Positions 19,087 to 29,103 of a stretch of DNA of 64,000 nt are shown one piece after another. Both the position numbers and the translations under genes were made by a program. Under the pieces are notes generated by a model. That model was not told the origin of the DNA. It saw nothing but the letters and a program-made list of their open reading frames with translations, and ran no database searches. Origin of the DNA: Alphaproteobacteria bacterium. Its GTDB lineage: Bacteria; Pseudomonadota; Alphaproteobacteria; SMXQ01. Within the stretch, counting starts at the first letter, position 1, and each line of letters begins with the position of its first letter. Location of the stretch: contig JAURLI010000003.1 of assembly GCA_030831315.1 (NCBI GenBank), positions 18,884-82,883 of the forward strand, in the 5' to 3' direction.

Positions 19087-20193
19087 TCAGCGCGGCGCCG
19101 CTTTTGGGCGCGGCACGTAATACTGGTAGCCGAACCAGCGCCAGCGACCGTCGGCGGCGGGCAAGGTGCAGTTGATGCGGGCCCTGCCCGGGCGCAATGC
19201 CGTCGGCAGGCGCAGTTCGATCCGCCGTTCGCCCAGCCGTTCAAACGCGAGCTTGCCGTGCAGGGACGAGAAGCAGTTGAGCCGGTTCACCCGGGGAACG
19301 CCGTCGCCCACGGTAAAGCCGAAAGGCGGCGGGTTGGTCTGCGGAACCGGATCGGACGGGCTGATGTCTTTCGCATAGAGAGGCAGCGAATTGACCACCA
19401 GCCGGAAACGCTCGATCGAACCGAACGATTCGTTGAGCGCGAAACGCGGCAGGTAGGACATGTCGTCGCCCGCATGAATGGCGCCCGAATGCTGGCCGAA
19501 GGACGCAACGAAGCCCGCCTTGCGCGCCGCCTCGATCACCTTTGATGAAGCCTCGCCGTAAGGATAGGCCATGATCTGCGGACGAACGCCCAGTTCCTTC
19601 TGCAGGGTCTCGGAAGCCTTGGTGAATTCCTCGGCAACGCGCGCCGCGCTCTGGTCGGCGAGGTGCGCATGGCTCACCGAATGATTGCCGACGGTGACGC
19701 CCGCTTTCATCATTTCCCGGATCTGGCCCCAGGTCATGTACTCGCCACCCGGCGCGCGCGCGATCTGACCGGTCGCAAGAAACAGCGTGAAGGGCAGCTT
19801 TGCCGCGCGCAATCGCGGCCACAATTCGCGATAGACCGATGTAAACGCATCATCGACGGTGATGGCGATGGCGCGGTCTGGAAGCTTTTCGCGCTTTTGC
19901 AGGGCCGCGACGACATCGGGCAGTGCCATGACATTGTATTTGCCCGAGGTCAGTTCCTTGATATGCGCCTCGAGCTGCTCAAGGCGAATATTGGTCGAGG
20001 GATATTTCGCCTCGCCGATGCGGTGATACATGATCACGACGGCGCGGGTCGCGTCACGGTCGACCGCATCCATGCCGTTTTGTTTTTGCTGGGCCCTGAC
20101 GGATTCTGCCGTGCAGCCGAGCGCGAGCGCACTGGCTAACATCCACCCGGCGAGCCGGCGGAACCCCCGATATCCGATTAATTGGCGTGTCAT
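19087..20193 (-). CDS. Exported polysaccharide deacetylase (NodB/CE4 family)
   Basis: Signal peptide; IMYHR, ITVDD, NHSVSH, AYPYG and LPRF motifs. Confidence 0.9.
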   Translation of the reverse strand: MTRQLIGYRGFRRLAGWMLASALALGCTAESVRAQQKQNGMDAVDRDATRAVVIMYHRIGEAKYPSTNIRLEQLEAHIKELTSGKYNVMALPDVVAALQKREKLPDRAIAITVDDAFTSVYRELWPRLRAAKLPFTLFLATGQIARAPGGEYMTWGQIREMMKAGVTVGNHSVSHAHLADQSAARVAEEFTKASETLQKELGVRPQIMAYPYGEASSKVIEAARKAGFVASFGQHSGAIHAGDDMSYLPRFALNESFGSIERFRLVVNSLPLYAKDISPSDPVPQTNPPPFGFTVGDGVPRVNRLNCFSSLHGKLAFERLGERRIELRLPTALRPGRARINCTLPAADGRWRWFGYQYYVPRPKAAPR

Positions 20194-20270
20194 CGGTGCC
20201 CCCGATCTGATTGCCGCGCCAGATTAGGGGGCTGCTCACCGCCGGGGCAAGGAAATGTCGCTGTCCCGCC

Positions 20271-20864
20271 CTATGCCGAAGGCATCATGGGCTGAGCCAG
20301 GGCCTTGTCGGAAACAAGCGGAAAGCGGCGCGATTCGAACATCTGGTAATGCCACCATTCGTTACGGTAAAAGTCCCAGCCTGCCGCCGTCATGATGCCC
20401 AGCAGCAGGTGACGGTTGCGGGCCGCATCGGCTCCGATATCGCGGTTGGCGTGGTGGGACAGGGGCGTGAAGGCATCGAAACCGGTGCCCATGTCGAGCT
20501 CCCGTCCCGAGCGGTCGATCAGGGTAAGATCGACGGCGACGCCGCGCGAATGGGGCGAGCCGCGCCGGGGGTCGGCCAGAAAATCAGGATCGGGCGTATG
20601 GTTCCACAATACCCACTGTGCTTCGGTCGGCCGGTAGGCATCGAAGATTTTCAGCCGCAGGCCGATATCGGCAGCAAGGGCGATGGCGCGGGCAAGCAGC
20701 TTCGCGGCTTCCTCATGCAGGTAGCAGCCGGGGCGCCCATAGACGGGCTTGCCGGTAAAGTTGTCGGCGGTGGCATAGGCGATGGCAATATCGACATCAA
20801 AGGCGGGTGGCGCGATTTCGATCAGCGCGGCGCCTTCGGTCAGGATTACGGGTTCCTCGGACAT
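20271..20864 (-). CDS. ddpX: D-alanyl-D-alanine dipeptidase (VanX/DdpX, M15 family)
   Basis: YATADNFTG, FDAYRP, SPHSRGVAVD and EWWH; true start at MSEEP (20864). Confidence 0.92.
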   Translation of the reverse strand: MSEEPVILTEGAALIEIAPPAFDVDIAIAYATADNFTGKPVYGRPGCYLHEEAAKLLARAIALAADIGLRLKIFDAYRPTEAQWVLWNHTPDPDFLADPRRGSPHSRGVAVDLTLIDRSGRELDMGTGFDAFTPLSHHANRDIGADAARNRHLLLGIMTAAGWDFYRNEWWHYQMFESRRFPLVSDKALAQPMMPSA

Positions 20865-20906
20865 GGTGCGGCAGTCTAGCATGGACGCGCGGGAACGATC
20901 ACGGAC

Positions 20907-21587
20907 ATGAAACACATACTCGGCATAGATGCCTCGACCACCGCCTGTTCGGCGGCGGTCCTGACGGGCGACACAATCGCGGCATGGCGCTTCGAGGCGA
21001 TGGAGCGCGGCCAGGCCGAACGCCTCAATCCCATGATCGGCGAGGCGATGGACGAGGCGGGCATCGGCTTTGGCGATTTGTCCCTGGTCGCGGTGACGAC
21101 CGGGCCCGGCGCCTTCACGGGCCTGCGCATCGGCCTTGCCTGCGCGCGCGCCATTTCCCTTGCCGCCGGCGTTCCGCTTGCCGGCATCACGACTTTCGAT
21201 GCGCTTGCGCGTGCCGTGTCCGATGACGAACGCGGCGCGATGGCGGCGGCGGGCGGGCGCCTGCTCGTTTGCGTCGAGGCCAAGCGACGCGATGTGTTTG
21301 TCCAGCTTTTCGATGCGGACCTCGCGCCCGTGGGCGAAGCCGGCGCGATGGACGGCGAGGCCGCGCGGGTGGCGCTCGCCGACGGGTATTATCTCCTCGC
21401 CGGCGACGGCGCCGAACATTTGCGCCCCATGCTGGCGGGGAATCCGCATGTCAGGTTTTCCGCGGCCCTTGCGCCACCCGATGCCCGCCATGTCGCGGCC
21501 ATTGGTGCCGCGCGCGGTCCCTCGCCCCAGGCGCCGCGGCCTTTTTATATCCGCCCCCCTGACGTCCGGCTGCCCGCCAGAGGCTGA
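20907..21587 (+). CDS. tsaB: tRNA threonylcarbamoyladenosine biosynthesis protein TsaB
   Basis: ILGIDAS, ERGQAERL and VTTGPGAFTGLRIG. Confidence 0.93.
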   Translation: MKHILGIDASTTACSAAVLTGDTIAAWRFEAMERGQAERLNPMIGEAMDEAGIGFGDLSLVAVTTGPGAFTGLRIGLACARAISLAAGVPLAGITTFDALARAVSDDERGAMAAAGGRLLVCVEAKRRDVFVQLFDADLAPVGEAGAMDGEAARVALADGYYLLAGDGAEHLRPMLAGNPHVRFSAALAPPDARHVAAIGAARGPSPQAPRPFYIRPPDVRLPARG

Positions 21588-21589
21588 AC

Positions 21590-22078
21590 ATGGACCGGCC
21601 CGAAACGAAAATCTCGATCGTTCCCGCGACGATGGTGCACGGCAATGTCATTTCGGCCCTGCATAGCGCCTGTTTTGACGACGGCTGGAGTCCCTTCACC
21701 GTGCGCCAGGTACTCAACATGCCGGGCGCCTTCGGGCTCGTTGCCGTACCCGAAGGCTGTAGCGTGCCGGAACCGGATCTTGCCGGGTTCGTGCTGGCCC
21801 GCGCTGCGGCGGGCGAATGCGAAATCCTGTCGATTGCCGTGGGGGAAACCTGGCGTGGCCTCGGCATCGCCCGCTCGCTGATGGAAGCAGCCATTGCCGC
21901 GGCGCGGGCGGCGGGCGCCGTATCGCTCTTTCTCGAGGTCGCTGAAGACAACGACGCGGCGCAGGCGCTCTATCGCCGCTTCGGCTTCACGCCGGTGGGG
22001 CGGCGGCGCGACTACTACAAGCGCGCTGGCGGCCCTCCCGTCGCCGCGCTGACGCTTTTCCTGCGCATAGAACCCTGA
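21590..22078 (+). CDS. rimI: RimI-like GNAT N-acetyltransferase
   Basis: EILSIAV, RGLGIA and FLEVAEDN...ALY...GF...GRRRDYY; follows tsaB. Confidence 0.9.
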   Translation: MDRPETKISIVPATMVHGNVISALHSACFDDGWSPFTVRQVLNMPGAFGLVAVPEGCSVPEPDLAGFVLARAAAGECEILSIAVGETWRGLGIARSLMEAAIAAARAAGAVSLFLEVAEDNDAAQALYRRFGFTPVGRRRDYYKRAGGPPVAALTLFLRIEP

Positions 22079-22087
22079 GGCGCGGCG

Positions 22088-22327
22088 TCAGACCTTGCGC
22101 AGAACCAGCACATAGGTTTCCCCGCTCGGGTCATCTTCGGCCAGGGCCAGCGAAACGACCTCGTGGCCGTGGTCGCGCACCGATCGCGGGACATTCTCGC
22201 GCGGTTCCTGCCCGCGCAGGCGCACCCTGGCGACATCGCCCGCTTCCATGCGCTCGATCAGCAGCTTGGTCTTGACGAAGGTCAGGGGGCAGCGGTCCCC
22301 GGTAATATCCAGATCGTGTTGTTTCAT
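22088..22327 (-). CDS. tusA: TusA/SirA family sulfur carrier
   Basis: LDITGDRCPLTFVKTK with the conserved CP motif; 79 aa. Confidence 0.88.
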   Translation of the reverse strand: MKQHDLDITGDRCPLTFVKTKLLIERMEAGDVARVRLRGQEPRENVPRSVRDHGHEVVSLALAEDDPSGETYVLVLRKV

Positions 22328-22348
22328 GTATTTATTTTATTTCGTCTA

Positions 22349-22377
22349 TTGAACCTGCAAATACTTATTATTATATT
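22349..22377 (+). promoter_or_regulatory. sigma70-like promoter of mucR in a very AT-rich spacer
   Basis: TTGAAC (22349-54), 17-nt spacer, TATATT (22372-77). Confidence 0.6.
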
Positions 22378-22442
22378 GCCGTCGCATACCGCTAAAGGCG
22401 GATCTTTGTGAAGAATTACAGAAATAAAGCGAGAACCTTTAC

Positions 22443-22853
22443 ATGGCCGAAAAAACCGAAGCCAACGACCTGCTCGTCCTGACCACCGAGATCGTGGCCT
22501 CCTACGTTGCCAATCACACGGTCCCCGTCGACGAACTGCCGCGGCTGACCCGGCAAGTGTATTCGACTCTCGCAGGGATCGGCCAGCCCGCCATCGAAGC
22601 CGGTGACCGGCCGCAGCCGGCGGTACCGGTGAAGAAGTCGGTTCATCCCGACTACATCATCTGCCTGGAGGACGGCCGCAAGCTCAAGATGCTGAAGCGC
22701 CACCTCAAGACCGCCTACAACATGACGCCGGAGGAATACCGCGAGCGTTGGGGCCTGTCCGCCGATTACCCCATGGTCGCGCCGAACTATGCGCGCCAGC
22801 GCTCGTCGCTGGCTAAGAAAATCGGCCTTGGCACGAAGCCGCGCCGGGATTGA
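22443..22853 (+). CDS. mucR: MucR/Ros family nucleoid-associated transcriptional regulator
   Basis: LTTEIVASYV, PAVPVKKSV, ICLEDG, LKRHL and YPMVAPNYA. Confidence 0.95.
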   Translation: MAEKTEANDLLVLTTEIVASYVANHTVPVDELPRLTRQVYSTLAGIGQPAIEAGDRPQPAVPVKKSVHPDYIICLEDGRKLKMLKRHLKTAYNMTPEEYRERWGLSADYPMVAPNYARQRSSLAKKIGLGTKPRRD

Positions 22854-22974
22854 CCGTACGTGCAGCATGGTTTCTTGCCCGAGTCCGGGCGGTAAGCCGT
22901 TGCAAAAATGCCCATAAATTAGAACAATGCCGACAGGCACCCGGATTGCCCGGATGCCCGTGAACGGGTAGACG

Positions 22975-23406
22975 ATGTCGCCTCTTGAGCAGCTTTGCCT
23001 AGACAAGGGCATGAAGATGACGGAACAGCGCCGGATCATCGCGCGCGTTCTGTCGGATTCCGAAGATCATCCCGATGTGGAAGAGCTTCATCGCCGCGCC
23101 TCAGCCATCGATCCCCGCATCTCCATCGCCACGGTCTACCGCACGGTGCGCCTGTTCGAGGAAGCCAATATCCTCGACAAGCACGATTTCGGCGACGGGC
23201 GCTCACGTTACGAACAGCGGCCGGGTACTCATCACGATCACCTGATCAATATCCGGTCTGGTGACGTCGTCGAATTTCGCAACGAGGAAATCGAAGCCCT
23301 TCAACGCCGGATCGCCGACCAGATGGGATACGAACTGGTCGATCACCGGTTGGAACTCTATTGCGTACCAAAAAAGGGAACCGGGCCTCAAAAGGACGGG
23401 AAGTAA
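22975..23406 (+). CDS. fur: Fur/Mur family transcriptional regulator
   Basis: MTEQRRII, DHPDVEEL, SIATVYRT, HHDHL and DHRLELY. Confidence 0.92.
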   Translation: MSPLEQLCLDKGMKMTEQRRIIARVLSDSEDHPDVEELHRRASAIDPRISIATVYRTVRLFEEANILDKHDFGDGRSRYEQRPGTHHDHLINIRSGDVVEFRNEEIEALQRRIADQMGYELVDHRLELYCVPKKGTGPQKDGK

Positions 23407-23415
23407 TCCCGTGGG

Positions 23416-24279
23416 ATGCCGACGGCATCCGGCCGGAGCGACAGGCAAGTGACAATTGATCTTGGATCACGTCCGGAGTCCCTGCTGACTGGCCACCGCG
23501 CGGGCAACCTCGAGGTGCGCCTGGCACGCAACGAGGCCGAGATCGTCGCTTCCCAGCAGTTGCGCTACCGCGTCTTCTACGAAGAAATGAATGCGCATCC
23601 GACGCCCGACATGGCGCGCGAAAAGCGCGATTCGGATGGGTTCGATCCTCATTGCGACCACCTGCTGGTGGTCGATCTGACGGCGGGCGACAATCCCGCC
23701 GATTATGTCGTCGGAACCTACCGGTTGATCCGGCGTTCAGCCGCCGCCCGTCAGGGCGGGTTTTACACGGCGGGCGAATTCGACATTTCGCTGATCGAGG
23801 CATTGCCCGGCGAAATCCTCGAGCTTGGCCGCTCCTGCGTCGCACAGGCCCATCGCAACCGGCCGACGATGCAGCTCATGTGGCTCGGCATCTCGGCCTA
23901 CGTGTTCCACTACGACATCGCGATGATGTTCGGCTGCGGCTCGCTCGCCGGAACCGATGTGGAGGCGGCGGCGGTGCCGCTCAGCTATCTCTACCATTTT
24001 CATCTGGCGCCCGAAGATTTTCGCCCACGCGCGCTGTCCGGGCGCTACGTGGACATGAACCGCATGGCGAAGGAATCGCTCGATCCGCGCCGCGCGCTCA
24101 ACGAATTGCCACCGTTGATCAAGGGCTACCTGCGTCTCGGCGGCTTCATTGGTGATGGCGCCGTGGTGGACGAACAGTTCAACACCATCGACGTCTGCAT
24201 CCTGGTCAAAACCGATCTCGTTACCGAGAAATACGTCCGTCACTACCAGCGTGAACGGCGCGGCTCGGGGAGCGCCTGA
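23416..24279 (+). CDS. olsB: Ornithine N-acyltransferase OlsB-like GNAT protein
   Basis: QQLRYRVFYEE, DHLLV, VGTYRL, ELGRSCV and LPPLIKGYLRLG; start may be GTG 23449. Confidence 0.85.
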   Translation: MPTASGRSDRQVTIDLGSRPESLLTGHRAGNLEVRLARNEAEIVASQQLRYRVFYEEMNAHPTPDMAREKRDSDGFDPHCDHLLVVDLTAGDNPADYVVGTYRLIRRSAAARQGGFYTAGEFDISLIEALPGEILELGRSCVAQAHRNRPTMQLMWLGISAYVFHYDIAMMFGCGSLAGTDVEAAAVPLSYLYHFHLAPEDFRPRALSGRYVDMNRMAKESLDPRRALNELPPLIKGYLRLGGFIGDGAVVDEQFNTIDVCILVKTDLVTEKYVRHYQRERRGSGSA

Positions 24280-24308
24280 TTCCTCCCGTCTCTGTCATCC
24301 TGTCGTCT

Positions 24309-25091
24309 GTGAAGGCGGTTCTGTATCTCGCCTTCACCGTGCCGCTGATGCCTGTCCAGCTTGTGGCGGCAGTGCTGGGCCTGCGCCTTGCGCGCCGGCT
24401 GCCGGTTTTCTATCACCGCCGCGTCGCCCGCCTGCTCGGCATCGATGTCGTCGCGACCGGCAGGCAGGTCACGCCAGCGCCCGTGCTGTTTGTCGGCAAT
24501 CATGTCAGTTACCTCGATATCTGCGTGCTGGGCGGGTTGATCGAGGGCAGCTTCGTCGCCAAGTCCGAGATCGCGGGCTGGCCGTTCTTTGGCTGGCTTG
24601 CCAAGCTTCAGCGCACTGTCTTCGTCGAGCGCCGTGCGGCGCGCGCTCGTCACCAGCGCGACGAGATTTCTGCTCGCCTCGATGCCGGCGACAATCTCAT
24701 CCTGTTTCCAGAAGGCACGTCGGACGACGGCATTCACGTGCTGCCGTTCCGCAGCGCCCTTTTTGCCGTCGCCGAGCGCGAGGTCGCGGGCAAGCCGCTG
24801 GTCGTACAGCCGTTCTCCATCGCCTATACGCAAATCGGCACCCTGCCGATGGTGCGCGACTGGCAGCCCCTTTGCGCCTGGTACGGCGACATGGGGCTCG
24901 GTGGCCACCTTTGGCGGGTTTTGGGCCTTGGCCGCATCGGCGCCCAGGTCGTGTTTCACGCGCCGGTATCGCTGGCCGACTTCCCCGATCGCAAGGCCCT
25001 GGCCGAACATTGCCGCCGGGTCGTGGCCGAGGGCCTGGCGGCGGCCAATTCCGGCCGGCTGCCCGCGGCAGAGCCCGCCCCCTCCGCTTGA
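24309..25091 (+). CDS. olsA: Lyso-ornithine lipid / 1-acylglycerol-3-phosphate O-acyltransferase
   Basis: NHVSYLD (HX4D), FVAKSE, FPEGTS and WYGDM; lies between olsB and miaB. Confidence 0.8.
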   Translation: MKAVLYLAFTVPLMPVQLVAAVLGLRLARRLPVFYHRRVARLLGIDVVATGRQVTPAPVLFVGNHVSYLDICVLGGLIEGSFVAKSEIAGWPFFGWLAKLQRTVFVERRAARARHQRDEISARLDAGDNLILFPEGTSDDGIHVLPFRSALFAVAEREVAGKPLVVQPFSIAYTQIGTLPMVRDWQPLCAWYGDMGLGGHLWRVLGLGRIGAQVVFHAPVSLADFPDRKALAEHCRRVVAEGLAAANSGRLPAAEPAPSA

Positions 25092-25178
25092 CTCTCGGGG
25101 GCTGGATGCTAGTTTCCCCAAGAATCCTGCGGGGTCCGTGCCCGGCCGCGGCCGGGTCGATGTCCGGAAACGGCGATA

Positions 25179-26540
25179 TTGGCTAAGAAGCTTTTCATCA
25201 AAACCTACGGCTGCCAGATGAACGTCTATGACTCCGCCCGCATGGCGGATGTCCTGGCGGGCGAAGGCTATGAGGCGACCGACAGCGCGGCCGATGCCGA
25301 CCTCGTGCTGCTCAACACCTGTCATATCCGCGAAAAGGCTGCCGAAAAGGTCTATTCGGAACTGGGCCGCCTGCGCGAGTTGCGGGCCGAGGTGCAGGCT
25401 GCCGGCCGCGAGCTGACCATCGGTGTCGGCGGTTGCGTCGCCCAGGCCGAGGGCGAGGAAATGGTGCGCCGCGCGCCGGTCGTCGATTTCGTCTTCGGGC
25501 CGCAGACCTATCATCGCCTGCCCCACATGCTGGCGCGCGCAGGCCGGGGCGAAAAGACGGTGGAAACCGATCTTGCCACCGAACCGAAGTTCGAGGCGCT
25601 CGGTACCGTCGCTGCCGCGGGCAAGGTCACGGCGTTCCTGTCCGTGCAGGAGGGCTGCGACAAGTTCTGCACCTTCTGCGTCGTGCCCTACACGCGCGGC
25701 GCGGAATATTCGCGCCCGGTTGCCGAAGTTCTCGCCGAAGCGCGCGCCCTTGTTGCGTCCGGTGCGCGCGAGATCACGCTGCTCGGCCAGAACGTCAACG
25801 GCTATCACGGGGCTTCGCCCGATGGCGCGGGTTCCTGGACGCTCGGCAGGCTGATACGCGACCTTGCCGGAATAGATGGGCTTGCGCGCATACGCTTCAC
25901 CACCTCCCATCCGCGCGACATGGACGACGACCTGATTGCCGCCCATCGCGACGTGCCGCAGCTGATGCCTTACCTGCACCTGCCGGTGCAATCGGGGTCG
26001 GACCGCATCCTTGCCGCGATGAACCGCAGGTACACCACGCGCGATTTTCTTTCGATCGTCGAAAGACTGCGCGCCGCGCGTCCCGATATCGCGCTGACGT
26101 CCGATTTCATCGTCGGCTTCCCCGGCGAAACCGATGACGATTTCGAAGCGACGCTGGCGCTTGTTCGCGACGTTCGCTTCGCCGCGGCTTTTTCCTTCAA
26201 GTATTCGCCGCGCCCCGGCACGCCCGCCGCCGCCGCCGACGGCCAAATCCCCGAAGAGGTGAAGGCCGCGCGCCTTGCCCGCCTTCAGGACGTCATCAAC
26301 GAACAGATGCGCACCTTCAACGAATCCTGTGTCGGGCGCACTCTCGACGTGCTGTTCGACAAGCCCGGCCGCCGCGCCGGGCAGGCGGGCGGGCGCAGCC
26401 CCTATCTTCAGCCCGTGCATGTCGATTGCGACGATGCGGGTGCGTTGATCGGCAAGGTCGTCCCCGTGCGCATTACCGGGACCGGGCAGAATTCGCTTTC
26501 GGGCACTCTTGCCGGCGCCCGCGCCGAGGTGCCCGCATGA
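25179..26540 (+). CDS. miaB: tRNA-2-methylthio-N6-dimethylallyladenosine synthase
   Basis: [15 protein letters not shown], radical-SAM [15 protein letters not shown] and C-terminal TRAM domain; TTG start. Confidence 0.97.
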   Translation: MAKKLFIKTYGCQMNVYDSARMADVLAGEGYEATDSAADADLVLLNTCHIREKAAEKVYSELGRLRELRAEVQAAGRELTIGVGGCVAQAEGEEMVRRAPVVDFVFGPQTYHRLPHMLARAGRGEKTVETDLATEPKFEALGTVAAAGKVTAFLSVQEGCDKFCTFCVVPYTRGAEYSRPVAEVLAEARALVASGAREITLLGQNVNGYHGASPDGAGSWTLGRLIRDLAGIDGLARIRFTTSHPRDMDDDLIAAHRDVPQLMPYLHLPVQSGSDRILAAMNRRYTTRDFLSIVERLRAARPDIALTSDFIVGFPGETDDDFEATLALVRDVRFAAAFSFKYSPRPGTPAAAADGQIPEEVKAARLARLQDVINEQMRTFNESCVGRTLDVLFDKPGRRAGQAGGRSPYLQPVHVDCDDAGALIGKVVPVRITGTGQNSLSGTLAGARAEVPA

Positions 26541-27628
26541 CCCGCCAGCCCGGAAAGAAACGCCGCGCCGCAACCAAGTCCGAAACGCGCGTCCGTCCGC
26601 GCGGCCAGCCCGCGCCAGCGCTGGTGATGGAATTCGAGGACAACGCGCGCCTGCCGCAGCTTTTCGGCGAGCATGATCGCAATCTCGCGCGCATCGAACA
26701 CGATCTCGGCGTTGCCATTACCGCGCGCGGCAACCGCATCGCCATTACCGGCGACAAGATACAGGCCGCCGCGGCGCGCGAGGTCCTGGCGCTTCTTTAT
26801 GCGCGCCTGGCGGGCGGGGTTGAACTCGACCGCGCCGAAGTGGATGCCACCGTGCGCCTTGCCGCCGACGGGCGGCTCGGCGCCATCGCCTCGGCGGCGG
26901 GCGCGCAGGGTGCTGCTCTTGATCAGTTGCGCCGGCGCATCGTGCCGCGCACGGCGGCGCAGGCCGCATACATAGAGGCGATGCAGACCCATGAACTTGT
27001 CTTCGGGCTCGGTCCCGCAGGCACCGGCAAGACCTATCTCGCCGTCGCTACCGCCGTCGCCATGCTGCGCGCGGGCGAGGTCGATCGCATCATCCTGTCG
27101 CGTCCCGCGGTGGAAGCGGGCGAGCGTCTCGGCTTCCTTCCCGGCGATATTCGCGAAAAGGTCGATCCCTATCTGCGCCCGCTCTACGACGCGCTTTACG
27201 ACATGCTGCCCGCGGATCAGGTGGTCAAGCGGTTGGCCAGCGGCGAGGTGGAGGTGGCGCCTCTCGCCTTCATGCGCGGGCGCACCCTGGCCCATGCCTT
27301 CGTCATCCTGGATGAAGCGCAGAATACGACCCCGGTGCAGATGAAGATGTGCCTGACGCGCCTGGGCGAGGGATCGCGCATGGTGGTGACGGGTGACCTC
27401 AGCCAGATCGATCTGCCCGGCGGCGTGCGCTCGGGCCTTGCCGATGCCGCCGATGCGCTTGCCGATGTCGATGGCGTCGCCTTCATGCGCTTCACCAATG
27501 CTGACATGGTTCGTCATCCGCTGGTGACCCGCGTTGTGCATGCCTATGACGAGGCCGAGCGCCGCCGCAAGGCAGGCGGCGTGCGCCTCGCCACCTCAGG
27601 GACCAAGGGCGATGACGGCACATCCTGA
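26537..27628 (+). CDS. phoH: PhoH-family ATPase (PhoH/YbeZ)
   Basis: [30 protein letters not shown] and LDEAQN; ATGA overlap with miaB. Confidence 0.95.
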   Translation: MTRQPGKKRRAATKSETRVRPRGQPAPALVMEFEDNARLPQLFGEHDRNLARIEHDLGVAITARGNRIAITGDKIQAAAAREVLALLYARLAGGVELDRAEVDATVRLAADGRLGAIASAAGAQGAALDQLRRRIVPRTAAQAAYIEAMQTHELVFGLGPAGTGKTYLAVATAVAMLRAGEVDRIILSRPAVEAGERLGFLPGDIREKVDPYLRPLYDALYDMLPADQVVKRLASGEVEVAPLAFMRGRTLAHAFVILDEAQNTTPVQMKMCLTRLGEGSRMVVTGDLSQIDLPGGVRSGLADAADALADVDGVAFMRFTNADMVRHPLVTRVVHAYDEAERRRKAGGVRLATSGTKGDDGTS

Positions 27629-28166
27629 AGCAGGCGATTCCGGTCTCGAGCTCATCATCGCCATCGACGACGATGGGTGGGCTGAAACTCTTCCCGAATA
27701 TGAGGCCCTGGCCCGGCGCTGGGTAGAGGCGGCCATAGCGGCGGCGCGCGCCGATGGCGGCGCGCCCGCGGGACCGCTTTCGCCGAAGGCCGCCCACGAA
27801 ATGGGTGTCGTATTTTCGTCCGACGAGATCGTTCAAGCGCTCAACCGCGAATGGCGTAACAAGGACCAGCCGACCAATGTTCTGGCTTTCGCCGATGCCG
27901 AGCCGCCGCCCGCGGGCGCGCCGTGGCAGATGGGCGACGTTGTATTGGCCTTCGGCACCACGCAGCGGGAGGCCGAATCCGGCGGCCTGACCATCGAGGC
28001 CCACGCGGCGCATCTCGTGGTTCATGGCATCCTGCATCTTTTCGGTTATGATCACATGGATGACGAAGAGGCCCAGCGCATGGAGCGTCTGGAGACCCGC
28101 GTTCTGGCCGGGCTCGGCATCGCCGATCCTTACGACCCGGCAGCCCGTGGGCCGCGGCCCGAATAG
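27612..28166 (+). CDS. ybeY: rRNA maturation endoribonuclease YbeY
   Basis: LNREWRNKDQPTNVL and HLVVHGILHLFGYDH. Confidence 0.95.
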   Translation: MTAHPEAGDSGLELIIAIDDDGWAETLPEYEALARRWVEAAIAAARADGGAPAGPLSPKAAHEMGVVFSSDEIVQALNREWRNKDQPTNVLAFADAEPPPAGAPWQMGDVVLAFGTTQREAESGGLTIEAHAAHLVVHGILHLFGYDHMDDEEAQRMERLETRVLAGLGIADPYDPAARGPRPE

Positions 28167-28170
28167 AACG

Positions 28171-29103
28171 ATGAGCGACCGAACAGAAAGCCCTCACATA
28201 TCCGGCAATCCATCCCCTGCAGCGGGGAAGGGTTTGTTCGCGCGGCTGCGCGGCTGGTTTTCCGGAATCTTCGGCAGCCGCAATCAGGATCCCTCGATCC
28301 GCGAGACGCTCGAGGAACTGATCGAGGAGCGCGAGAGCGTTGAAGGCGAAGGCGGCGTCATAAGTGCCGACGAACGCCTGCTGATTTCCAACGTGCTCGA
28401 GATGCGCGACGTCATCGTTTCCGACGTCATGGTGCCGCGCGCGGAAATCGTTGCCCTGGAGGTTTCCACCCCGCGCGAGGAAATCGCCGAACTCCTCATT
28501 CGCGAGGCCCACTCGCGCGTGCCCATCTATCGCGAAACTCTCGATGACGTCGTCGGCATGATCCATATCAAGGATGTGCTGGCGTGTTACGCATCGAAGG
28601 CGCCGTTTGACATCAATGCTCTTATCCGCAAGGTGCTGTTCGTCTCGCCGACGATGCGCATTCTCGACCTTCTTCTGCAGATGCGGCTCGCCCGTGTGCA
28701 TATGGCGCTGGTGGTCGATGAATTCGGCGGCATCGACGGACTTGTGACCATCGAAGACGTTGTCGAGGAAATCGTCGGCGACATTCAGGACGAACATGAC
28801 GTCGAGGAAATCGACATGATCGAGCGCCCCGACGGGTCGCTGATCGCCGATGCCCGTACCGAGATCGAGGATTTCGAGGCCCGTGTCGGCCCGGTGCTGA
28901 CTGACGATGAACGCGAAACCGTCGATACCATTGGCGGCCTGGTGGCTGAACTGGCCGGGCGCGTGCCGTCCCGCGGCGAGGTCATCCGACATTCGACCGG
29001 TATCGAATTCGAGGTCATCGACGCCGACCCGCGCCGGGCCAAGCGCCTGCGCATCCGGCGCTTGCCCCGGATAGCGGCCGGACCAACCGCCTCCGGATCA
29101 TGA
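28171..29103 (+). CDS. corC: CBS/CorC-HlyC domain magnesium/cobalt efflux protein
   Basis: DVMVPR, HSRVPIY, HMALVVDEFGGIDGLVTIED and a C-terminal CorC domain. Confidence 0.9.
   Translation: MSDRTESPHISGNPSPAAGKGLFARLRGWFSGIFGSRNQDPSIRETLEELIEERESVEGEGGVISADERLLISNVLEMRDVIVSDVMVPRAEIVALEVSTPREEIAELLIREAHSRVPIYRETLDDVVGMIHIKDVLACYASKAPFDINALIRKVLFVSPTMRILDLLLQMRLARVHMALVVDEFGGIDGLVTIEDVVEEIVGDIQDEHDVEEIDMIERPDGSLIADARTEIEDFEARVGPVLTDDERETVDTIGGLVAELAGRVPSRGEVIRHSTGIEFEVIDADPRRAKRLRIRRLPRIAAGPTASGS

Noticed and set aside
20865-21491. Apparent 406-aa fusion protein containing DdpX
   Set aside because: The N-terminal half is the antisense of tsaB; ddpX starts at 20864.
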